Shown: positions 40,475 through 51,017 of the stretch, one piece after another | How positions within the stretch are numbered: the stretch's first letter is position 1 | Layout: each line of letters opens with the position of its first letter | From: an uncultured delta proteobacterium | Lineage (GTDB): Bacteria; Desulfobacterota; Binatia; UBA9968 | Reading direction: 5' to 3' | NCBI GenBank assembly: GCA_963840855.1 | Contig: CAWJBB010000046.1 | Span: 32,001-96,000, forward strand | Length of the DNA stretch: 64,000 bases | Translations under genes and position numbers: made by a program | Notes under the pieces: model-generated | Database searches by the model: none | Told to the model about the DNA's origin: nothing | Seen by the model: only the letters and a program-made list of their open reading frames with translations

Positions 40475-43400
40475 ATGTCATCCTACCTCCCGCTTTGGTG
40501 CAAGAGTAATTTTTCTTTCCTTGAAGGCGCGAGCCATCCCGACGAATTGGTGGAAGAAGCCTACCGGCTTGGATTGCCGGCGCTTGCGCTCACGGACAGG
40601 GACGGCGTTTACGGCGTCGTGCGCGCGCATGTCAAGGCGCGAGAGATCGGCTCGAAGCTCATCATCGGCTCGGAGCTCACGGTGGCGGATAACTCCACCA
40701 TCGTTCTGCTCGCTCAGGACCGCAATGGTTACGCCAACCTATGCCGCGTGATTACCAAAGGAAGGTTGCGCTCGGAAAAAGGGGAGAGCGTCGTCGGTTG
40801 GGAGGAAATCTGTTCGCATGCGCCGGGTATGATCGCGCTGTGGGGCGGGGATCAGAGCTTGCTGGTGAGCGAGGGCGAACCGGATGTCGCCGCCCGCGCT
40901 CTGCGCGACGCTTTCGGCGACCGCCTCTATGGCATGATCGCGCGGCACCTGCGTGAAGAGGAAGTCCACCAAGAAGCGCGCCTGCGGGAGCGGGCAAAGC
41001 GCTACGGACTTTCACTGATCGCCGCCAACGAAGTTCTCTATCACACGCCGGGGCGCCGCCCGCTGCAAGACGTGCTCACGGCGGTTCGCCATGGGATTCC
41101 CGTCACTTCATGCGGGCGTAAGCTCAAGCCCAACGCGGAGCATTCCCTGAAGTCCCAATATCTTTTCGCCAGGCTTTTCGCCGACGACCCCGGCGCAGTG
41201 GCCCGCACGCAGGACGTGGCCGATCGCTGTTCATTTACTCTCGATGAAATCCGCTATCGTTATCCTTCAGAGACTTTGCCGGACGGCACAACATCGGCTG
41301 AGCGGCTGCGCCGGATAGTTTTCGACGGCGCGCGCGGGCGTTACGGCGGCGCGATACCTCCGGAAGTGGTTCAGCAGCTGGAGAAAGAGTTGGAAGTTAT
41401 CGAGGCGCTCGATTATCCGGGCTACTTTCTCACCATGTGGGAGATTGTCGATTTCTGCCGCGAGCATGACATTCTCTGCCAGGGGCGCGGCTCGGCGGCG
41501 AATTCCGCAGTTTGTTACTGCCTTGGAGTCACTGCCATCGACCCGGTGCTCATGGGACTTCTCTTCGAGCGCTTTATCTCGAAAGAGCGCGCGGAGCCGC
41601 CGGACATCGACCTAGACATTCAGCATGACCGGCGTGAAGAAGTCATTCAATATATCTATGGGAAGTACGGTCGCGAGCGCGCGGCCATGGCCGCCAACGT
41701 CGTGCGCTATCGCGCCCGCTCAGCGCTGCGCGACGTGGGCAAAGCCCTGGGACACTCCGAAACTTCACTGGACCGGGTGGCGAAATTTCTTTCCTCCTAC
41801 GAGCAGGTGCAGCCTGAGACGTTACGAAAACTGGGCCTGGAGCCGGCCAGCGAATCAAACCAGCGGTTGATTCAACTGACCAACGAAATCCTCGATTTTC
41901 CACGCCACCTGTCGATTCACCCCGGCGGTTTTCTATTGGGGCATGAGCCGGTGCACGACATCGTACCTATCGAGAATGCCACCATGGCCGAGCGCACGGT
42001 GATCCAGTGGGACAAAAACGATCTGGAAGAGATCGGCCTGTTTAAAGTTGATTTGCTCGGCTTGGGAGGACTTACGCAACTCGATCTTTGTTTCAAGCTC
42101 CTGCGAGAGCACCGCGGCGTCGAATTAAGCATGGCGACGATCCCGCCGAATGATGCCGCGACCTACGACATGATTTGCCAGAGCGACACGGTGGGTGTGT
42201 TTCAGATAGAAAGCCGCGCGCAGATGGCGATGCTGCCCAGGCTGCGGCCAAAAAATTTTTACGACCTGGTGATCGAAATCAGCATCGTGCGGCCGGGGCC
42301 GATCACCGGCGGTATGGTCCATCCTTATTTGCGCCGCCGCCAGAATAAAGAGGCGGTGGAGTCTCCCCATCCGAGCCTAGATCCAGTGCTGGAAAAGACC
42401 CTCGGCGTGCCGCTCTTCCAAGAGCAGGTAATGCGCCTTGCCATGGTTGCCGCGGATTACACCCCCGGGGAAGCGGACCAGCTCAGGCGCGACATGGCCG
42501 CATGGCATCGCACGGGGAGAATGGAGCGCCATCGCGAGCGCTTGATCACACGCATGCGCGCAAAGGGCATCGCGCCCGAGTTCGCCGAACGGGTCTTCGA
42601 GCAGATACGCGGCTTCGGCGAGTATGGTTTTCCCGAAAGCCATGCGGCGAGTTTCGCCTTGATCGCCTACGCGACGGCGTGGCTCAAGTGTCACTACCCG
42701 GCCGAGTTCGCCTGCGCGCTACTCAACGCTCAACCCATGGGATTTTACGCGCCGGCCACCATCGTTGAGGACGCCAAGCGCCACGGCGTTGTCGTTCTTC
42801 CCGTCGATCTGCAACACAGCGATTGGCACTGTGCGATGGAAAGCCCCACGAAAAGCGCCGGCGGCTTCGCCGTGCGTATGGGACTTCGCTACGTGAAGGG
42901 CGTCGGGGAAGGGGACTGGGAGATCATTTTCCGAGCGCGCCGGACCGCGCCGTTTGCTTCCCTCGATGATTTTGCCCGCCGTGCGCGGCTGCACGAAAAC
43001 GTCCTCGGCGTGCTCGCCGAAGCGGGGGCTTTCGACAGCTTCGGCGTTGACCGGCGCAACGCGCTCTGGGAGCTGCGCCGGCTCGCGCACGCGCGTGGCG
43101 AATCCTTGCCGCTCGCGGCGCGGCAGCAAAGTCCAGACTTCGATCTCTTGACCCCATTCGAAGAAGTCGGCTGGGATTATCGCACGTCGTCGCATAGCGC
43201 GCGGCGCCACCCCCTGGAGCCTTTGCGCGCCGCGCTGGACGCTCAAGGCCTTCCGGACGCGCGTGCCGTTGCGCAAATGGCCAACGGCGGGAAAGTCAAT
43301 TATGCGGGGCTGGTGATCTGCCGCCAGCGCCCCGGCACGGCCGGCGGCGTGGTCTTTATGACCTTGGAGGATGAATCCGGTTTCGTTAACGTCGTGATCT

Positions 43401-43570
43401 GGGAGAGCGTGTTTCAGCGCTACGCGGTGCTCGCCAAAACCGTAAGCTTCCTGGGAATCACCGGCACGCTGCAAGTGGAAGACAACGTTGTTCATCTCGT
43501 GGCGGAACGGCTTTGGAAACCGCAACTAAGCTTGCGGCCCTCAGCGCCGGCGAGCCGCGACTTTCATTGA
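40475..43570 (+). CDS. dnaE2: Error-prone DNA polymerase DnaE2
   Basis: [40 protein letters not shown]-terminal SRDFH. Confidence 0.97.
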   Translation: MSSYLPLWCKSNFSFLEGASHPDELVEEAYRLGLPALALTDRDGVYGVVRAHVKAREIGSKLIIGSELTVADNSTIVLLAQDRNGYANLCRVITKGRLRSEKGESVVGWEEICSHAPGMIALWGGDQSLLVSEGEPDVAARALRDAFGDRLYGMIARHLREEEVHQEARLRERAKRYGLSLIAANEVLYHTPGRRPLQDVLTAVRHGIPVTSCGRKLKPNAEHSLKSQYLFARLFADDPGAVARTQDVADRCSFTLDEIRYRYPSETLPDGTTSAERLRRIVFDGARGRYGGAIPPEVVQQLEKELEVIEALDYPGYFLTMWEIVDFCREHDILCQGRGSAANSAVCYCLGVTAIDPVLMGLLFERFISKERAEPPDIDLDIQHDRREEVIQYIYGKYGRERAAMAANVVRYRARSALRDVGKALGHSETSLDRVAKFLSSYEQVQPETLRKLGLEPASESNQRLIQLTNEILDFPRHLSIHPGGFLLGHEPVHDIVPIENATMAERTVIQWDKNDLEEIGLFKVDLLGLGGLTQLDLCFKLLREHRGVELSMATIPPNDAATYDMICQSDTVGVFQIESRAQMAMLPRLRPKNFYDLVIEISIVRPGPITGGMVHPYLRRRQNKEAVESPHPSLDPVLEKTLGVPLFQEQVMRLAMVAADYTPGEADQLRRDMAAWHRTGRMERHRERLITRMRAKGIAPEFAERVFEQIRGFGEYGFPESHAASFALIAYATAWLKCHYPAEFACALLNAQPMGFYAPATIVEDAKRHGVVVLPVDLQHSDWHCAMESPTKSAGGFAVRMGLRYVKGVGEGDWEIIFRARRTAPFASLDDFARRARLHENVLGVLAEAGAFDSFGVDRRNALWELRRLAHARGESLPLAARQQSPDFDLLTPFEEVGWDYRTSSHSARRHPLEPLRAALDAQGLPDARAVAQMANGGKVNYAGLVICRQRPGTAGGVVFMTLEDESGFVNVVIWESVFQRYAVLAKTVSFLGITGTLQVEDNVVHLVAERLWKPQLSLRPSAPASRDFH

Positions 43571-43707
43571 GTGTATTCAATGGGCCGCGGTATTTAATCC
43601 TGTTAGAAACGGTGCATAATAAAACTCGCCTCGGCGTTGAATACCTCTGTCGCGTTGTGGTTGCCGTCGTAGGTTCCCTGAAAGAAATAACGGCGTCACT
43701 CTAAACT

Positions 43708-44838
43708 ATGCCATCGCCGCAAAATCCGCCGCAGCTATACTCAGGCGATAACGCCACGTCCGCCGCGTTACGGGCGAGGGTTGCTTGTCCGATATGCAAT
43801 ACGGAGGGTGCGCCCCGGCTATTTCTTGCCAAGGACCGCGTTCATCATCTCCCCGGGACCTTTGGCATCCATCGCTGCGCTCAGTGCCACGCCCATTTTG
43901 TCCAGCCCTCGCTGAGTGAGGAGGGTCTTGCCGGCTATTATCCCGAAGACTACGGCCGTTATCGCGTCGCCAAATCTCTCGGTAAAAAAAACTACACGGG
44001 ATGGCATCGCTTCGTCTTGGAGCATCGATATGGTTACCCCAAATCTCATGGCACCGGGAGCAATGCTTTACAGCGCGCGGTGGCATTTCTGCTTTCAGGG
44101 TTCACCGCTAAGAACGTAATTCCCTATCGCGGTGACGGCAGAATTCTCGACATTGGGGTGGGTGGCGGATCGTATCTCTACCGGTTAAAGCAATGGGGCT
44201 GGGAGACCTACGGCGTAGAACGGAGCGCGACGGGAGCGCGCCAAGCGCAGAGCCTCGGGCTTGCGGTGCATCATGGAACCCTCGCCGAAGCGCGCTTTCC
44301 AAATTCTTTTTTTGATGCCGTTCGCTTGAGTAACGTGCTGGAGCATTTGCCGGATCCGCTAACCGTGTTCGAAGAAATCGATCGCATCCTCAAACCCGAC
44401 GGCCTCGTCTATGTAACCGTTCCCAACACCCAGAGCCTCGTTTTTTGGCTGTTTCGGGAAAATTGGTACGCGCTCGACGCGCCGCGCCATGTGATCTCCT
44501 ATTGTCCATCTACATTAGAAACCCTCTGCGACGCCACCGGTTTCGAGATCGTGGGCATGCTATTTACCGCCGGCCCGTTCAATTTCGTTCGTAGCCTCAC
44601 ATTGTTTTTTGAAGAAGGCGGCAGGCGCTGGCCGATATGGATTCGCCGCATTCGTTGGGAGCGGAGCAGGTTCGTCAGGCGCGCTTTGAAACCATTTTTC
44701 TTTTTCGTCGATGCCGCGGGCTACGGCGATTTTCTGCACGCGACCCTGCGCAAAAAACCTGCTCTAGTCATCAACGCAGCAAAGGTATTTGAAAAACCTC
44801 ACAGCGACGGCCGAGTGGTAAATGCGGTGGCGCGCTAA
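43708..44838 (+). CDS. Class I SAM-dependent methyltransferase with N-terminal Zn-ribbon
   Basis: CPIC..CAQC, ILDIGVGGG, VLEHLPDP. Confidence 0.85.
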   Translation: MPSPQNPPQLYSGDNATSAALRARVACPICNTEGAPRLFLAKDRVHHLPGTFGIHRCAQCHAHFVQPSLSEEGLAGYYPEDYGRYRVAKSLGKKNYTGWHRFVLEHRYGYPKSHGTGSNALQRAVAFLLSGFTAKNVIPYRGDGRILDIGVGGGSYLYRLKQWGWETYGVERSATGARQAQSLGLAVHHGTLAEARFPNSFFDAVRLSNVLEHLPDPLTVFEEIDRILKPDGLVYVTVPNTQSLVFWLFRENWYALDAPRHVISYCPSTLETLCDATGFEIVGMLFTAGPFNFVRSLTLFFEEGGRRWPIWIRRIRWERSRFVRRALKPFFFFVDAAGYGDFLHATLRKKPALVINAAKVFEKPHSDGRVVNAVAR

Positions 44839-44890
44839 AATGCTGTATTGATTGCGGTCGCCAATCATCACATTAGCGGACGGATTCTCC

Positions 44891-45238
44891 TCAGAACGTT
44901 TCTTTTCCGGTGGCGCATTCATAGCCGTAGATCAAGGTTCCATCCGGGGCCCTCACGGTCATGTTGCCACTTCCTCGACTGACGTAATGGAAGTACGCAC
45001 CGGGCATCAGATCGACGATGAACGAAATGGTCGTTTTGTCGATATAGACTTCACGGGCGAGTATGCCATTGTGAACGATGGCGTTTTTAAGGGTGTCTAT
45101 TTTGAAGCTCAACGTCATGCTGTATTCGCGATGAACACAGACGAGATCGAATGTTTCCGCAAGCGCAAACCTCGGCTGGAGGAACAACTGACAGACTACC
45201 ATCCAGCAACTTAGGCGCAGTATTGCCAAAGAGTTCAT
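44891..45238 (-). CDS. Small putative secreted hypothetical protein
   Basis: Signal-peptide-like N-terminus and two Cys in the mature part. Confidence 0.45.
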   Translation of the reverse strand: MNSLAILRLSCWMVVCQLFLQPRFALAETFDLVCVHREYSMTLSFKIDTLKNAIVHNGILAREVYIDKTTISFIVDLMPGAYFHYVSRGSGNMTVRAPDGTLIYGYECATGKETF

Positions 45239-45474
45239 ATTTTTATTAGACGCTCCGTCAAAGCCTACGTTAATTCAATCAATGGTCGTCGCCGACTAGA
45301 TGTATGGTCCAGTGGTTTCACTCATGTCAGAAGAGGTTACTTGCCCGGAAAGCCGCTCCAAGCGATGGCAGGAATAATCGCTGATCCGCTCAAAGTCAAA
45401 CGGTCAAAAGCGAAGCCTCTTTATTTGCAATCGAGAGGCCGTTTCCATTTCATCTATTTCGGCAATGAAAGATC

Positions 45475-45497
45475 TGGCGTCCCTGAGGGGATTTGAA
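45475..45497 (-). other. Degenerate copy of the tRNA-Glu 3' end (att scar)
   Basis: TGGCGTCCCTGAGGGGATTTGAA vs TGGCGTCCCCGACGGGATTTGAA at 62139-62161; 21/23 identical, same orientation. Confidence 0.8.
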
Positions 45498-45642
45498 AGC
45501 ACTGAGGAATAATCCCGAAAGTCATTCCGTTTATTTATTTTTCAGGTTGTTCAGTATTAGACAGACATCACAGAAGGCCCCTGGGTATTGTTCGCCCAGT
45601 GACAGCTACGGTTAGTAAATAATACTCTCGTAGGAGGAGAAT

Positions 45643-45939
45643 ATGGGTAGTAAATTATATGTTGGTGGTTTGACTTATTCCGTGACGAGCGAGCGTTTAG
45701 GGGAACTTTTCTCGGCGCACGGTGCGGTGGAATCGGCGAATGTAATCTCGGATAAGTTCACGGGTCAATCACGAGGCTTCGGCTTTGTCGAGATGAGTTC
45801 AGGCAGGGAGGCGCAGAGCGCTATATCAGCGCTGAACGGCACGCAATTCGAGGGACGCACCCTAACGGTTAATGAGGCCAAGCCAATGGCGAAGCGTGAC
45901 AACTTCGGAGGCGACCAAGGAAGAGGTAACCGTCGATAG
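45643..45939 (+). CDS. RRM (RNP-1) RNA-binding protein
   Basis: KLYVGGL (RNP2), RGFGFVEM (RNP1), GRTLTVNEA; AGGAGG RBS. Confidence 0.95.
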   Translation: MGSKLYVGGLTYSVTSERLGELFSAHGAVESANVISDKFTGQSRGFGFVEMSSGREAQSAISALNGTQFEGRTLTVNEAKPMAKRDNFGGDQGRGNRR

Positions 45940-46033
45940 CTTTTTGCAGGAAAAATCATTCCCCTGTACGGTCGCAAAATCTTGCGGTGCGAGAGGTGCG
46001 AGCTTCGTGGGTTCGATCGCCGATGACCGAATC

Positions 46034-46252
46034 ATGGTCGAAAGATATAAACACCATCTAATCGTCGCTTCTGTTACTCCCGATGAAAGCACGGGAAAAT
46101 ATACTTCAGTTGCAACTATCTCTTGGCAAGAAGGCGGACACCGCGGGCTACACTTTCTCGACCACTCGTCACATCGTTATGACGATGCCAATTCCGCTAT
46201 TCAGTACGCGCTCGCCGCACCGAAAATATGGATTGAAGAAAAACTAAAATAG
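46034..46252 (+). CDS. Small hypothetical protein
   Basis: 72-aa ORF MVERYKHHLIVAS...WIEEKLK with plausible composition. Confidence 0.5.
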   Translation: MVERYKHHLIVASVTPDESTGKYTSVATISWQEGGHRGLHFLDHSSHRYDDANSAIQYALAAPKIWIEEKLK

Positions 46253-46313
46253 TCAGGCCATTTGTCAGAAACTCGCTTGCAATAGCATACGGAAGCGATC
46301 CAGGTCCCAGGCC

Positions 46314-46571
46314 GTGAAAATACTCGTCGATATTTCCATGGAATATTACGAGCAGATGGTGAATCGGGTCGCTGAGCATTCTCACCTCCATTCCATCCTG
46401 ATGAACGGCGTAATGGTCCACGACTATCAAACCGGAGTACGAAGAAGAGTCGTGAAAATCCTGTGTAACAAGGTCGACGCCGCAATGCTTCGCGACGCCA
46501 CGATAACGCTTTGCCCGCAAGCCTTCGCCGAATTGGAACAAAGCATCAAACTCTCTCGCGAGATATCGTAG
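46314..46571 (+). CDS. Small hypothetical protein
   Basis: 85-aa ORF, same orientation as neighbours. Confidence 0.5.
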   Translation: MKILVDISMEYYEQMVNRVAEHSHLHSILMNGVMVHDYQTGVRRRVVKILCNKVDAAMLRDATITLCPQAFAELEQSIKLSREIS

Positions 46572-46781
46572 GCCGCTCATCAGAACAAAGCCGGAAGCCC
46601 GCTGGCAATGCTCAATGCCTCGCTGAACGCAATCACGCGGATGGTTCACCTATGAAGAAGTTGAAGGCCGGGCGTATTCCGAAGACTCGTTACCGGATAA
46701 TATGTGAAGATAGACCCCGACACACTTATAGTAGTGTTAACAGATTGTTTACAGAGAATTTCGGAACCTACCAAAAACCTG

Positions 46782-46794
46782 CAAGTGCTTGATT
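46782..46794 (-). promoter_or_regulatory. IHF consensus site next to att
   Basis: Reverse complement AATCAAGCACTTG matches WATCAANNNNTTR. Confidence 0.55.
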
Positions 46795-46799
46795 TTTTG

Positions 46800-46883
46800 G
46801 CGTCCCTAACTGTTCCTACTTGGAACCAGCTAATAATCTGGCTGCGAGAGCTGGAATTGGTGCGGAATCAAACTGCCGCGTAG
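46800..46883 (+). other. Displaced 3' end of the recombinase gene (ASLTVPTWNQLIIWLRELELVRNQTAA*)
   Basis: Begins inside the att core in the same codon phase (TTG GCG TCC) as the recombinase at 62138-62146; open for 27 codons. Confidence 0.75.
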
Positions 46884-46975
46884 TTAAAAGCGGATGGATA
46901 CGCCGATCAATTTTGAGCTAATCAACATCCTTTAGTAGATTTGAACCATAGCAAAAGGGAACGGAGTCTGCAGGA

Positions 46976-47400
46976 ATGGAGTCGGAAGACAAGCAGATTG
47001 TAGCCAATCGTGAGAATGCTCAACGTTCTACAGGCCCCAAGACGCCGGAAGGTAAGTCGGCATCAAGCCAGAATGCCGTTAAACACGGCCTACTAGTGAA
47101 AATCCCCGTGTTGCCTTGGGTGGAGAGCCAAGCGGATTGGGATGAGCATTGCCAGCAGCTGCAAAGGTGCCTGACGCCAACTGGCTGTCTCGAAACGGTC
47201 CTGGTCGAGAAAGTCGCTCTGCAACTATGGCGGCTGAAGCGTTTAGCGCTCTACGAGCGTGAGGTCACGGCGATTAGCCTGGAATCTGTCAAAGAGTCTC
47301 ATCTGAAGGCTGAAGGTGACATTGACGAGGATCCTCCGGCTTATGAAACGAGCACGCCCATTGCCGCTGCGAGGCAGGCGGTTAAACGATTGGAGATCGA
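46976..47400 (+). pseudogene. Hypothetical protein of the ANRxNAxxSTGP..KHGL type, truncated by an IS remnant
   Basis: ANRENAQRSTGPKTPEGK..SSQNAVKHGL; the later part of the ORF is antisense transposase. Confidence 0.65.
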
Positions 47401-47401
47401 A

Positions 47402-47852
47402 TTAGGCTTCGTAGTCGGTCTTGATAGTCGAGGAGATAGCTTTGATATAGCTGTAGTTGTACGAGTGCAGAGGGACGTGTTTATCCACAATGAGCTTTTT
47501 TTCGATGGAAAGTTCTTTGACTATGTTCTTTTCGATGGCAGGAGAGATCCCCCGCGTGGGATTCCGCCGAGCGTAGTTGATGGAGAAAGAGGAGGGACCT
47601 TGTTGATAACGTTTGACCAACTCCCAGAACCGTCGCGGTTTGATTCCCAGCACTTCCTGAATGTAAGGCCGTTTGATTTCTCCTTTGAGGTAACGGGATA
47701 ACAATTCCTTGACCTGACTGTCGGTGAACCTTTTGTGTAGTTGAGCCATAGCATGCCCCCCTTTTTTGAGGTTCATGCTAGGGGGTTTTTAGGTGTGCAC
47801 TTTTAAACTTTAAATCCCTCTAAAACTGTGCACTTTTAATTCTTAAATGACA
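47402..47852 (-). mobile_element. Truncated IS (ISNCY/IS481-like): left end plus transposase N-terminus
   Basis: ORF from 47749 MAQLHKRFT..LGIKPRRFWELVKRY (HTH); terminal TGTCA at 47852; repeated TGTGCACTTTTAA at 47794 and 47827. Confidence 0.7.
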
Positions 47853-47868
47853 CTGTAGAATTTTCAGC

Positions 47869-47897
47869 TTGACAATGTACATCTCTTACAGTATACA
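47869..47897 (+). promoter_or_regulatory. Sigma70-like promoter
   Basis: TTGACA-N17-TATACA. Confidence 0.55.
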
Positions 47898-48177
47898 GCG
47901 TCATCTCATTTGCACATCCTAAAGACCTGACCCCCCTCCAAGCCACCGCAAGATCAGGGTCTGCTCTGTCTTTTCTGTACGGCCGTTTGGGTTCTCGAAG
48001 GCGGATTACCTGATGCTCGACGGGGAAAACCTTTTTTCTCAGCGGCTGGTTCTAACAGTAATTCCGCGTGACTCCCTGCAAAGTTTGCCAGTTTTTTAAA
48101 TACACTCCAACAAATATGGTCAAAAGTAAACTCGCGTGATCCTAAAGATCACCCAAAGAAAAGGAGAGGTAAGACAT

Positions 48178-49460
48178 ATGAAAGCCAAGTTGATAGAAAC
48201 ATTTCTCGTCGTCTTTGTAGTAACGCTAGGCTTGTCCGTAGCTCGGGCAGATCAAGCGCAGCAATACCCTGCAGACGCAACTTTCACCACTCTCATTACG
48301 ACTCCGTTAGGTATCGAAGGGTTAACCGGTGACAACTCCGGGAATTTATATACTGTAGGGCGTCACGTAAACGTACCCGCAGAACAGGGATTGCCCTGCC
48401 CCGTCTGGAAAATCAATTTAACTAGCCCTTCGCTCGAGGTCGGTTGGCAATATCCCAGCCCCCAGCACCAGTACTGTGTGCGCTCCATCGCGGACTAGCG
48501 TTAAATGCCGCAGGCGACATTTTCGTTTCCGACAATGGGAAATAGAATTTCATTCACGTTTTACTCCCAATGCTGTTTCCCCTCCAACTGCAAATAGTTT
48601 ATGCCACAGGGGTCCCTGGCACCAACGGACTTGCCTTTGACCGCCATGGTAACCTCTGGACCGGGGACGGAACAACTGGCCAAGGGCGTGTCTGGAAGAT
48701 TTCCCCAGCGGGAATCGTTACGGAGAAATTCCGCATTCAGCCGATGTCGAATGAAGTGAATTTGGCGGAGGATGGTGTCGGTGGAGTCGGGCGCGACGTG
48801 CGAACTTTGCCGCCGGGGACTATCAGGGTTACACTAGACAGCCGCAGCGCCTTTAATACCGCGGGATCTCAGCCGCTCGTGGCCAATGGGCTGGCGTTCA
48901 ATCGAGATGGCGATCTCTTTGTCGCGGATACCGCAAGAGGAGCGCTGTGGCAGGTGAAGTTCAATACGGACGGGACCCTTAAAAGCCATCTTGGTTGCGA
49001 TGAGACGTTCCTTGACAACACGCTTTGCCTAAACCACATCTTTCTCGCGGATCCTCGCCTTGAAGGAGTTGACGGCATTGCTTTGGACCAAAACGGAAAT
49101 ATCTGGGCCTCGGTCAATGAGCGAAACGCGATCGCTATCTTTGGAAAGGGCGTAGCGGCGGAAGTTTTCCGAAACCCAGTGAATCGAAATACTGGGCTGA
49201 GAAATTCTTGCCAGCCCGCTGGCAGTTGTCCATCGCCTTCAGCAACAGACACAGACGATAGAAGAATCCTGGAATCTCCGACCAGCCCGTTTCTCCTCGG
49301 AAACCGATTCTGCACAGCGAATAGCGATGGTAACCGGCGGGATAACTCTCCAAACACCGCCGGTGAGATTAATTCTTCAGGCCCTGTGGGTTTGAGAGGC
49401 AAGATCTCCTGCATGGATCAGCCCTTGACTTCTCCTGGATTAGAATTGCCCATTGAGTAG
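48178..49460 (+). pseudogene. Secreted SMP-30/gluconolactonase-like beta-propeller, frameshifted near 48440-48590
   Basis: Signal peptide; blades IEGLTGDNSGNLY, TNGLAFDRHGNLW, ANGLAFNRDGDLF, VDGIALDQNGNIW spread over two ORFs. Confidence 0.7.
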
Positions 49461-49476
49461 AATCGTTCTCCCTCAA

Positions 49477-49554
49477 AAAATGAGGCTCCCGGGGAATCTT
49501 TCGAGTGCTGGCAGGGTAAGGTATGACAGAAAGCGGTTCGGGGAGCCTTATTTT
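49477..49554 (+). terminator. Inverted repeat with T-tract, possible terminator
   Basis: AAAATGAGGCTCCC ... GGGAGCCTTATTTT, 50-nt spacer, just after a stop codon. Confidence 0.45.
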
Positions 49555-49807
49555 GCTTTCAAATTCGAGAGCCAGTAAACGACGAGAATAACCGGATGGG
49601 AATTCTGGTATTACCGACGACCGTTTATCCTCAATCCGCTAGGTGTAAGAACCAATGCATGAAAACGGTAGAGGCTCCACTCACGACGGATATCGTATCC
49701 TGAAGAAATGTTATCGTGGCCGTAGTTTAGAACGAGTGGATTGGCATCGTTGATAAGGACTCTAACTTGGTTGACTTCCGTTTCGTTCAGTAAGCCCATC
49801 GACAAGG

Positions 49808-50869
49808 TTACTTGCCGCGGGTGGGCGCTACAACCGGCGCTGTTTTATAAAGTCGATCGATAAATCCCGAGCTGTCCAATTCCCTAATAAATGTTGAGTT
49901 GATAAATTGCTCCGGCCGCGCCGACTGGGCTTTTGGGTTTTGGGCCGACAATTCCCGAAGCATAATCTCGATGCCCCGACGCGTTGGATATGGCTTCTCG
50001 GGGATCAGGGCAAGCCCAACTCCCTCGTAGGTCTCGAGCAGAGCGCCCGGATCATTTAGCTTGAGACGCTTTTGCAGCAGCGCGAGCGCCTCGGTGCGAT
50101 GGGTCTTAAAGTAGTGAATGCCCTCCACATAGGCGGTCAAGACCTTTTTTACCAGGTCAGGACGGGACTTGATCGTCGATTGTGTCCCTGCCAGCACGGT
50201 CGCTTGGTATTCAAGCCCCAACGATTGTAGGTCTGTCAGAACCGGAAAGCCCATTTCCTTCGCCTTTATCGTAAGGGGCACTTCCAGCATCACGCCGTGA
50301 ATTTTGCCGGTCTTGAGAGCGGAGAAGCGCTCCGGCTGACTACCGATTTCAATTATCCCTACGTCCTTTTCTGGAACCAACCCGTATCTGTCGAGCGCAT
50401 AGCGCGTGGCGAAATCCGAGGAGGAGCCCCTTCGGCTCACCGCTACGGTCTTTCCTTTGAGTTGATCGGGCCGTTTAATTTCCTTGCCAACGATGAACTG
50501 ATAGTTCATCGTGTTCTGCAAACCGGCAAGAATCGTGAGCCCCGAGCCCTGCAAACCGCTTTCAAGCACCGGCAGTCCGGAAATCTGTCCGAATTGGACC
50601 TCCCCCGTGAGCAATGCTTGCACCCCCGGGGGGCCGCCCACAACATGCACCATTTCGACGTCCAATCCATGCTTGCGGAAAAACCCGCCCTCGTAGGCTG
50701 CCCAGCCCGACGCCTGGTTACCGGATAACCCCGCATAGACGATTCTGATCCGTTCGAGCGGTGGATCGGAAGATTTTTCAGCTGTGTAACCCGGACGGGA
50801 CAAGAAAGACAGAACCAGTCCGACCAGAGCCAATCCTGCATACCCGCGTGCGTAGTGTGGATTAGCCAT
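49808..50869 (-). CDS. ABC substrate-binding protein, NMT1/SsuA-like
   Basis: Signal peptide; GFFRKHGLDVE, LKGKTVAVSRRGSSSD, PYPT motifs. Confidence 0.85.
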   Translation of the reverse strand: MANPHYARGYAGLALVGLVLSFLSRPGYTAEKSSDPPLERIRIVYAGLSGNQASGWAAYEGGFFRKHGLDVEMVHVVGGPPGVQALLTGEVQFGQISGLPVLESGLQGSGLTILAGLQNTMNYQFIVGKEIKRPDQLKGKTVAVSRRGSSSDFATRYALDRYGLVPEKDVGIIEIGSQPERFSALKTGKIHGVMLEVPLTIKAKEMGFPVLTDLQSLGLEYQATVLAGTQSTIKSRPDLVKKVLTAYVEGIHYFKTHRTEALALLQKRLKLNDPGALLETYEGVGLALIPEKPYPTRRGIEIMLRELSAQNPKAQSARPEQFINSTFIRELDSSGFIDRLYKTAPVVAPTRGK

Positions 50870-51017
50870 TTTTGCCTCCTATCGAGCCGATTCAGCAAAG
50901 AGGTAGGTTATGGATGCCTGGCTCTCTTTCTCCTGTAGCAGGGCATCGATTGCAAGTCAAATAAGTCGCTCTTAATGTCAAGTCTTTGATTTAAGAATTT
51001 TAGTTGTCACTCGTTTC

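Noticed and set aside
47401-47701. C-terminal half of the 241-aa ORF at 46976
   Set aside because: It is the antisense read-through of the transposase remnant.
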